A stretch of 64,000 nucleotides of DNA, from positions 32,001 to 96,000 of IMG/VR virus record IMGVR_UViG_3300032265_002598. One strand, 5' to 3'. The position numbers and the translations under genes are program-made. This DNA comes from a virus (lineage: Duplodnaviria; Caudoviricetes). The notes beneath the pieces are model-generated. The model saw only the letters and a list, made by a program, of their open reading frames with translations. It did no database searches and was not told where the DNA came from. Position 1 is the stretch's first letter, and every line of letters starts with the position of its first letter. Shown in pieces: positions 57,801-64,000 of the stretch.

Positions 57801-60800
57801 TAGAGTCTGATATACATCTTAAAGCCGATCAGAAAAAAGCACAAATAGAAGCTATACAAGCTACCTACGCTGAAGCAGAGGCCAGAAGAATCTATGGTGT
57901 TGTTGCTAGACAAAAAGAAATAAAATCTTTAGAACAATCGACTGGCTTATTTAGTCGTAGTCTTGAAAGAATGTATCAGAATATGGAACAGTCCATAAAT
58001 AGGACTATCTTTACTTTAGACAAAATGAGTAAAGAATTAGACTTAGTAGTTTCTTCTTTTAAGGGTGAAGCTACAGTAGGCCAAGGCTCATTAGACAGTA
58101 TTAATATGCTACAGAATCCTCGTGCTTATTCTAAGAATGATAGAGAATCTGCTCGTGATCAAGCTTCTAGTTTCTTTTCTGGTAATAGAGATCTAGTTAA
58201 AGGATTATTAAATGCTGGGGATAATTTAGAACAAGTTATTATGACCACTTTAAGTAATACTTTTAGAGATAATCCAGCAGCTAACAACGAACAAATTGGT
58301 ATTGCTATAGAAAGAAATGTTAAAGATCAACTAGCTAATTTATCTTTACCATCTGATGTTGGAGATAAGCTTGCTGCTGAAGTTCAAAAGGCTTTGGGAG
58401 ATTTAAGAAAAGAAGATAATAGTAAAGTTGATTTTGCTCAGTTAGCAGAAAAAATACCTCAATTATCAAAAGTTATTGAGAGTGCAAAAAGAGCACAAGA
58501 AGTAGCAATAAAAGCATTAGAAAATTGGCAAAATGCATTAAATAACTACTCTACTAGAACTAATCAGCTTGTTGATTTGCAAGTAGACACTAATAATAGA
58601 CTGAGAAAGTCAACTCAAATTTTAGCTGATAGTCAAATAGATTTAGCAAAATCTCTTGGTCAAGAAATAGGAGTATCTGATACTAGAAGAGTAGCAGAAT
58701 CTAAAACAGGACAACTAACTGGTGGATTAATAAGTCCAAAAGATATAACTGATAATATCTTAAATCTTGAAGGAAATAGAAGAGCACAAGAAACTGGATC
58801 TAATATTGCTAGAAATAGAGGAGCTAGTGGAGTAGATGATTTTATGAATATGCAGAAGGGTCTAAAAGACACAAATACTGCATTAAGAGAAAACTATGAA
58901 GCTCTCAAAAACTTAGCAGATAATTCAGATGTAGCATCAGCTGCTTTAGGTAAAATTCAAGAAGCTCAACAAAAAAATCAGGGACGAGTTAGTTTTATCG
59001 AAAAATTAGTCACCAGTACACCAGATGAAATGGATGGTTTAGGTAAAGCACTCGGTAGACTACAAACTAATATGAATGGTCAAGTTAATACTATTCAACG
59101 ATCACAAGGAGCACAGCAGGCTTATTATGAAGCTTTACAAAATGGAGCTTCTGGCTTTGAGGCTATGAGAGCTGCTCAAACTGCATTTGCTAATGAGAGA
59201 AAAGAAACGCTAGGTGCTCTTAATGATATTATGCCTTTCTTAGGAAATAATAAACAAAGCAATAATATTAAAGCTAATGTATTAGAAGGTATGTTAAAAG
59301 AATCTGGTCAGGGTGTTTCTCCAATAATGCAACAGGTATTAACTACCCTCAGAAATCCACAAGCTGATCCAGAAACCCAAGCAGCTATGGCTCAGTATCA
59401 ACAGGCCACCAACTTACAATCAGAAGCTAATAGACAATTAGCTATGTTAAATACTAATTTAGCTGGTCAAATAGCAGACGCTTCTGCAAAAGCTTTGAAA
59501 GACGCATTAACTGGAACAGCACTAACTTTCCAAAATGCAGAATTAACAAATATTCGAGACGATGTGGCTATTATCAAGAATTTAATAGGAGCAGGAACGA
59601 CTACACCGACAACCAAAGCTTCTGGAGGTGTTATATATGCTGCTGCTGGTATGGGTATTGATTTTTCTCCAAAGGGTACTGATACTGTTCCAGCAATGTT
59701 GACCCCCGGAGAATTTGTGGTTAATAGAGCAGCTACCCAGAGAAATCTCCCACTATTACGTTCTATCAATAGTCAAAAACATAGTAGTGGTGGTCCTGTT
59801 AGATATTATGCTGGTGGTGGATATGTTAGTAGTATTATGAAGGATCAAACAGATCTTAGGGGAGAAGGACTTAAAGTAACAGATAAAAACTATTTAGATC
59901 CAGATAGTGAAGATTTTAAAAATCTAGTTAGTGATAAATCTCCAACAGTATTTAGTGGATGGAAAAACTATACTAGAAGTCAGGCATCTGGAGAAGGAAG
60001 AAAAGAAGGAGATAACATATATGCTCCTGCTCGTTGGTGGTATGGAATAGCTGGGATGGGTCCTGGAGAAATTGCTTTTAATAACAGAGGGGCTTTATTA
60101 GCGGGTGCTGCTCCAAAAATTGAAGTAACTCCTGATGGATATTTCCAATATACCGCTACTCAACCAACTACAGTAGATCCTATTAATCAAGTTCAACCTA
60201 TGGGTCTTTTGATGTCTAAGGGTGTTATAGGAACAAGACCTATTCGACAAGATCAAATAATAAAATATAAAGAGAAAATTTTAGCAATTAAAAGAAATAT
60301 GGGGGCTCAGGCTTGGGGAGATGACCCATCAGATTTTGATATAGGATCACTTGAAGATATCAATGGTGTGCAAGGGAAAAGTGGTGGGCCAGGTAAAGAG
60401 TACGATCCTAATATCAGTATTGGTAAAAATATTGGTATAATTATTTCTCCCAATAAAAATAGGCCAATAATTACTCCAGTATTTCCTTCTGAAGAAACTA
60501 CAGATATACAAAAAGTTTGGTTGGAAATGACTACAGCTGCTAGTCTTGTTCCAACAGGATATTATGGAACTATAGTTTCTCCACACGCAGTTGAGACAGG
60601 AGGGACGTTAAGAACAGACAACAGCGAAACAGTTCCGGGTGCTAATAATAGTAACGCTGGTCAAGATATTAGAGATAAGGGATTAAAAATTGATTTACTT
60701 AGTACCCCAAGAACTAGCGTTGTTCCAAACGCAGCTATGGCTACAGTAGAAGCTAATTGGGTTAGAGCAAAAGCAGATATTGATGCTAAAATTAATTCTC

Positions 60801-63800
60801 AGAGAATAAATACAACATTTTATAAGGATACTTTAGCTTCTGTTGAAGCTGATAATTTTAAATTTGTAAGAACAAAGGTTAACAATAGACTAGATCAATT
60901 ACAAAAACAACTACAAAATCTATACGAAAACCGTAGTTTGGTAGAAGATATTGGCCCATCTAAAGAGTTTCTTGATTTAGAGCCTTTAAATGCTCCAGAT
61001 CCTATTGTAGATTTGCATGTTTTATCAGCTACTAAAAATAATGAATTACGACAAAAAATAAAAGAACTTCAAGCTATTTCTCCTACTATTCGTGAAGATA
61101 AAGGTTGGAGAGGATTAAATGTTGGTACTATAGGAGCAGCATTTGGTGAAAAATGGATGGACGGTAATGCTATAGATATTCAAGATGAAATGGCAGCTGG
61201 ACCCTTAAAAGAATTTCCTTGGATTGCTAATCTTGATCCAACCATTCTTTTAGCTAATTTAGCTGCTGATATAAGAAGGAAACAAGAAGACTTAGCTAGT
61301 GGTAAAGAGTATGGATTTAATGTTAGTCAAATTACTCATTCTGTTAATGAAAAATTACCAGCACCACTAGATCAATATTCTCTAAAGCATACCGAACAAT
61401 ATTTAAAATATACTGGTCCTCTTTGGAATCCTGATGATCCTAATGCTGATCCTTCTGGTTTCTTGACAGACAATCCTCTTAAAGATTACTTTGTTGTTAA
61501 ACCCTCTCCAGCTAAAGAAGACATGTTTCAATATGCCGGAGAGGCATTTAAAAATCAAAGAAATTTTGCTAGTAAGAATAAACCATTTGATCTTTCTGAT
61601 TTAATCTCTAAATTACAGCCAGCACAAACTCAAACTATAGCAGATTATATTAAGAATCCTACTGACCCACAATTAACCACTGATCTTAAGAATATTGCTG
61701 TTGGAGTTAATCCTAGTTTAATAACAGCTAAAACTGTCGGTGTTAGTAAACCAATTGGATTAGAAGGTTTTGATTTATTTTCTCAAGAAGATAATACTCC
61801 AATTAATCTTAATATTGGTAGTTATTTAACTCATGCAATTGAAGAGTTAGCACAAGAACAAAAAAGAAAAGCTTTAGGAGTAACTGGAGAAATAGATAAT
61901 GCTAAGGGGCTTAGTATTGGTATTGCAGATACTGATAAACAAAAGGCTTCTGTTAATCTAACTCGTGGAGCATTAAATGTTTTTGGTAGATCAAAGATTC
62001 CGGGATTTGCTAATGGATGGTTAGCCAGATATATTGGTAGAATGCCAAGCATATTAGGTATGGCTAAAAATAATAATATTGTAAAATCTGGTACTTCATA
62101 TATAGCCAATGTTTTCAATGAGGCTGGTGCTTATGCTAGTAAATTATTTCAAATGGCTCGTAATCCTCAACAATATAATGCTCTCAAAGAAGCATATGTG
62201 ATGATCTCTGGGGCTACCAGCGCTTTTAATGGATTATCCAATGGAGATACAAGGTTCTTAAAACTACTACAAGACCAAGGAGACTATTCAGCTCTATTTA
62301 GATCTTTAGGAGCAAGTTCTAGTTTCCAAAAAGCAGCAAATAATGAACTAACAGCAGACTATCAAGCTCAATTGGGTCAGGAACTTAAGGGATCAAAGAT
62401 TAGAAAAGTCGGTGCTGATGGTTCACTAAGTTACGCTGATTTCAATAATTCTGTACCAAAAACTTATCAAGACTTAGTAGATACAGCACTTAATCCATAT
62501 AATGAATTTACTAGTCCTTCTATTCGTAAGGGATTGATTAATACATTAATTGCTGATATTTCTAATGGTAAAGATAGTTTAGGAATGCCATTCTTTGATA
62601 AAAGAACTTTGGACTATATTAATAATAATCTTAGAACTCTACAGTCTTGGTACGGTGGTGATGGTAATGCATGGCCCGGACAAGACTCTTTTTATGACGA
62701 AACTTTAGATGCTAAGATCAGAACTGATAGTGTTATAAATGCTCTAAATAATAATGCTGCTGGTGGATTATTAGATCAGGCTAATTTAGCTAATACACAA
62801 TTGGGTGTTGCTACTAAATTTGGTAACTTGCCAAGTGCTCAATGGTTTGAGGCCAGAAAGATTGCACAACCTCAATTTAGAGCTACTGGCGGCATGATCT
62901 ATGCTTCTGAAGGCCAGATGATTAATTTTCAGCCCCGTGGCACAGATACCGTTCCAGCAATGTTAACTCCCGGCGAATTTGTTGTCAATAGACAAGCCAC
63001 CCAAAAGAACCTCCCATTGCTACAATCTATTAATAATGGTAATCATTATTCTAAGGGTGGTCCTGTTAATTATCTATCAGATGGTGGAGAAGCTGCCCCA
63101 TTTAATGCTATAACTGGCAATAGAGTCAAAGAAAAACCAGAAGATAAAGATTCTCCACTAACTAAATATAAAATCAGCTCAGTACTTTATCCCTATGTTA
63201 GTTATCCATTTGATGAGAGAGGATATTCTCAGGATTTACCTCCAGAACTAAAAATGCTTAATACTTTAGGGGGTTATGGCGGTGGAATAGGATATACAAA
63301 TATTTTCTTTGATACTGATTTAGCTAAAAGTTTGCGGTCTATCAGAAGTAATAAAAATAATCAGTATGCAACTAGTACAGCAGTAAATAACAGTTCTGCT
63401 GAGTTTATTAAACAGTTTAAATTTAGAGATATTGATAATAATGATAAATTAACTGGCTTTGATTTTTCTAGCTTTTTATCTGATAGTGATAATATTTTAG
63501 GTTTAATAGATCCAGATTTAGGTGATGGATTTGCTCCTAAAAATCTAATAGCATGGAAAAAAGCAGAAGATAGAGTCAAGGCCAGATCATCTGCTAAGGC
63601 TGTTATTGCTAATTTAACACCAGACTTAGAAAATATTAAAGCTGTTATACAAGATCAACATCCAGTAGATGGTTCAAATAATACTAATGATCGTAATTCT
63701 TATGGGGCTCAAGGTCAAGCTGCAATAGCAATGAGGATGTTGATTTACAATGTAATAGAAACATGGAAAAAAGATTCTATAGAAAGTATAGAGGGTCTTG

Positions 63801-64000
63801 GATCAGATAATGCTCAAGTCAATTCTCAACAAGTAGCAGAAGATATCTATAAAGGTAATAAAACGCCTTTGACGAAAAAATTAGTAGATTGGTTAGATAA
63901 AAAAGAAGGAGCTAAAACTTTAGTTGAAAAAGCTAAAGAATTATTTCCTGGTAGATCCCCTGATGATGCTCCAAATGACAAATTTTTAGCATCAGATTTT
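51809..64000 (+). CDS. Giant tape measure protein (TP901-type core) with embedded cargo domains; 3'-truncated, >=4064 aa
   Basis: ATG 51809 (MAKGFNLTAQINLQGP). No in-frame stop seen in the ~7 kb translated by hand, and the ORF track lists no closed ORF in this frame. TP901-like FDKQLTRIAQVTG..ELSTGLGV..LSQAG; hydrophobic stretches ~53190-53340 and ~56940-57180. Confidence 0.9.
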   Translation, partial: MAKGFNLTAQINLQGPSNINVIVSNIKKQLGTISANVNLKIDPASAKTVASLNSSLNQLNLTLKATASSATNAADAVRDLLSAMNGVASVKLPSQAAQVSSSLNNVAASSASAQKALSASRTEIEEFGNQAGLAVRRFAAFSTVTSVIYGLTGAIRGGISDFIDFDKQLTRIAQVTGESKDGLGRLKGTITELSTGLGVTAKDLAGVSVTLSQAGLTARDTEKALRALALSALTASFDDMNQTVEGSIALMRQFKIGSNELEAALGSINAVSAKFAVESSDIIAAIQRTGGVFAAASRGVSEGKDALNEFIAVFTSVRATTRESAETIATGLRTIFTRLQRGDTIEALKEYGVNLTDLDGKFVGAYKAVQLLAEGLGQIDPRDLKFSKIVEELGGFRQIGKVIPLIQEFTTAQQALQVAQAGQGSLASDAAKGQLALAVQISKTKQEFLSLIRSIGDTDSFQKMVTVGLSLASALIKVADAAKGIIPLIGLFAAFKGASAIRQFSAGFGTGFGGGAAKQNNRPLGFATGGLVPGQGNSDSVSARLTPGEFVVRKSAVKAIGSNNLHRMNRYTTGGIVNQIGGVPGKTIVQNSKNQLVGFSPKDTYSISDGSENLIIKYDSKKQNYRARGKILDPSLVNRLFKNNFQSTVSWEEIVAKSYNGRLVNGKNDKFPIDIIAGNTLIDAKFRPEESYKPMDALGKALSYRLYKASGGRYNYENNGQQKLKLNSLVRNTLTENQDNIKDSGQIKFVYPEFQDIPTDLPGIKSNVTKRQAQLSSKRTSSMQRGYAQSSIDIFGGSTFSGNKTDINTLSPYDKKSRLFGGGSVRKFENAGLVTPTAGTAANASEILKVLTLPGAMAASGASAGDILKILKKKNVLTPKEQDIKNKILGAYTKKTSGIRLAENADIQKAITEGLLFGAAGFKGRAFPITPRMDIPGLKNAVKVRITSGVLDSEMSKKLLKKMTVGLNSVANKTSRNIMIKDILKQTGPLYADFDRTLAFGADKILGDPTKPKYSEFSDRSKVAGALRTANLSILGKAIASTVRKTPEFANNLNVISARPQSTMDLIAGWLASKGIPIPLNRIKGVGGPQVTPEQIASLKADLMNPEGAFVDDDPRNIAESERRGIRSYLYKKQNVGPTGRKKLGEANAKGYLAERVIHELGGPIANKAATNYGIDFPDGLKSAAKYFGIPSDIPTDAKLTLNGPAELKSQIGNYLKVRGYAGGGSVTADYYSLEKSSGLKSFEFDNAVKFAKTMNYSMSEFQTYLKKLQVEKQNKSGVKTDKDALRKSLISGTPTATSRQMSLAESLKGPADAGYRPILTEAQRVAAARADVRNATRGFASGGLVPGVGNQDTVPANLNVGDFVIRKKAVSTIGASNLSSLNKRASGGEISNTVPALLTPGEFVINRKTASSIGTATLNRLNYADKASKFNNGGPVGTVQEFAIGGAVQRLFFGGPSLPAKPSNPTEGNVQISTTVGDQLRGMVTALNDLGISSSKTAEIIKKGGQISYQAAIKAYSADIQKMRLNGASAIQVADAERKLRDIRADAAKNIETRKKLSGVGADQLQNIDTSAQFEKERLTNQKRNSLRKKGITGEAADKVLEGSAANIEKIAYQSAAKSQGVDLKGMGLNGQDMQKYIQRSMMDAKTLQQMNAQYLQTRKKDLEAVGHSAAEAHKIAQKEIKEREAILRDVAKSRGMADPTGKGSSEKLSQRMMMAGFMLPMIGSAASSLINPESSAASAATSAGIQGVTNTVGMGLGTMSMIPLEKLGKFGGILGMAAVAAAAVGQAMIDARNATIEFEKKMGQNKAEKALEEVGKTFEKLEKDIKNINLQKIIITKLAEASTNIKSSVEADVKRAKAYWTNLLDAYFGGAGTSQGNREAAERSKILEKGGVGKYFQATGFGQAMMGNVSGADAAASASRSAQIRGYAPETAQQNAKIFADTASQINRLIEQKFKGGESLESILTSITDASQPEFQQFAEVLAKSNAVIGQQILYIESDIHLKADQKKAQIEAIQATYAEAEARRIYGVVARQKEIKSLEQSTGLFSRSLERMYQNMEQSINRTIFTLDKMSKELDLVVSSFKGEATVGQGSLDSINMLQNPRAYSKNDRESARDQASSFFSGNRDLVKGLLNAGDNLEQVIMTTLSNTFRDNPAANNEQIGIAIERNVKDQLANLSLPSDVGDKLAAEVQKALGDLRKEDNSKVDFAQLAEKIPQLSKVIESAKRAQEVAIKALENWQNALNNYSTRTNQLVDLQVDTNNRLRKSTQILADSQIDLAKSLGQEIGVSDTRRVAESKTGQLTGGLISPKDITDNILNLEGNRRAQETGSNIARNRGASGVDDFMNMQKGLKDTNTALRENYEALKNLADNSDVASAALGKIQEAQQKNQGRVSFIEKLVTSTPDEMDGLGKALGRLQTNMNGQVNTIQRSQGAQQAYYEALQNGASGFEAMRAAQTAFANERKETLGALNDIMPFLGNNKQSNNIKANVLEGMLKESGQGVSPIMQQVLTTLRNPQADPETQAAMAQYQQATNLQSEANRQLAMLNTNLAGQIADASAKALKDALTGTALTFQNAELTNIRDDVAIIKNLIGAGTTTPTTKASGGVIYAAAGMGIDFSPKGTDTVPAMLTPGEFVVNRAATQRNLPLLRSINSQKHSSGGPVRYYAGGGYVSSIMKDQTDLRGEGLKVTDKNYLDPDSEDFKNLVSDKSPTVFSGWKNYTRSQASGEGRKEGDNIYAPARWWYGIAGMGPGEIAFNNRGALLAGAAPKIEVTPDGYFQYTATQPTTVDPINQVQPMGLLMSKGVIGTRPIRQDQIIKYKEKILAIKRNMGAQAWGDDPSDFDIGSLEDINGVQGKSGGPGKEYDPNISIGKNIGIIISPNKNRPIITPVFPSEETTDIQKVWLEMTTAASLVPTGYYGTIVSPHAVETGGTLRTDNSETVPGANNSNAGQDIRDKGLKIDLLSTPRTSVVPNAAMATVEANWVRAKADIDAKINSQRINTTFYKDTLASVEADNFKFVRTKVNNRLDQLQKQLQNLYENRSLVEDIGPSKEFLDLEPLNAPDPIVDLHVLSATKNNELRQKIKELQAISPTIREDKGWRGLNVGTIGAAFGEKWMDGNAIDIQDEMAAGPLKEFPWIANLDPTILLANLAADIRRKQEDLASGKEYGFNVSQITHSVNEKLPAPLDQYSLKHTEQYLKYTGPLWNPDDPNADPSGFLTDNPLKDYFVVKPSPAKEDMFQYAGEAFKNQRNFASKNKPFDLSDLISKLQPAQTQTIADYIKNPTDPQLTTDLKNIAVGVNPSLITAKTVGVSKPIGLEGFDLFSQEDNTPINLNIGSYLTHAIEELAQEQKRKALGVTGEIDNAKGLSIGIADTDKQKASVNLTRGALNVFGRSKIPGFANGWLARYIGRMPSILGMAKNNNIVKSGTSYIANVFNEAGAYASKLFQMARNPQQYNALKEAYVMISGATSAFNGLSNGDTRFLKLLQDQGDYSALFRSLGASSSFQKAANNELTADYQAQLGQELKGSKIRKVGADGSLSYADFNNSVPKTYQDLVDTALNPYNEFTSPSIRKGLINTLIADISNGKDSLGMPFFDKRTLDYINNNLRTLQSWYGGDGNAWPGQDSFYDETLDAKIRTDSVINALNNNAAGGLLDQANLANTQLGVATKFGNLPSAQWFEARKIAQPQFRATGGMIYASEGQMINFQPRGTDTVPAMLTPGEFVVNRQATQKNLPLLQSINNGNHYSKGGPVNYLSDGGEAAPFNAITGNRVKEKPEDKDSPLTKYKISSVLYPYVSYPFDERGYSQDLPPELKMLNTLGGYGGGIGYTNIFFDTDLAKSLRSIRSNKNNQYATSTAVNNSSAEFIKQFKFRDIDNNDKLTGFDFSSFLSDSDNILGLIDPDLGDGFAPKNLIAWKKAEDRVKARSSAKAVIANLTPDLENIKAVIQDQHPVDGSNNTNDRNSYGAQGQAAIAMRMLIYNVIETWKKDSIESIEGLGSDNAQVNSQQVAEDIYKGNKTPLTKKLVDWLDKKEGAKTLVEKAKELFPGRSPDDAPNDKFLASDF

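Overview
This 64 kb window is part of a large, AT-rich tailed-phage (Caudoviricetes) genome. A Planctomycetota-like host is a tentative inference only. Bases 1-3.7 kb hold an early/accessory region of tiny minus-strand genes, most with their own sigma70-like promoter. Three copies of a ~140-180 bp non-coding cassette (clustered sigma54 -24/-12 boxes plus two palindromes exactly 53 bp apart) are interspersed there. From 3.7 kb on, everything is on the + strand: phage sigma factor, gmd, HNH and ERCC4 nucleases, terminase, portal, protease/scaffold, capsid, about 31 kb of fibre/adhesin genes (including a 4112-aa protein, mucin-like proteins and a GT2), neck and tail-tube genes, chaperones, and a tape-measure ORF. 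That ORF starts at 51809, is still open at the window end (>=4064 aa) and is missing from the ORF track. The most striking observation is that this tape measure carries apparent enzyme cargo: a complete HAD phosphatase motif set and two PD-(D/E)xK-like nuclease motifs, bracketed by repeated [FY]xxGG / VPAxLTPGEFV modules. All family calls are from motif recognition by eye; no searches were run.
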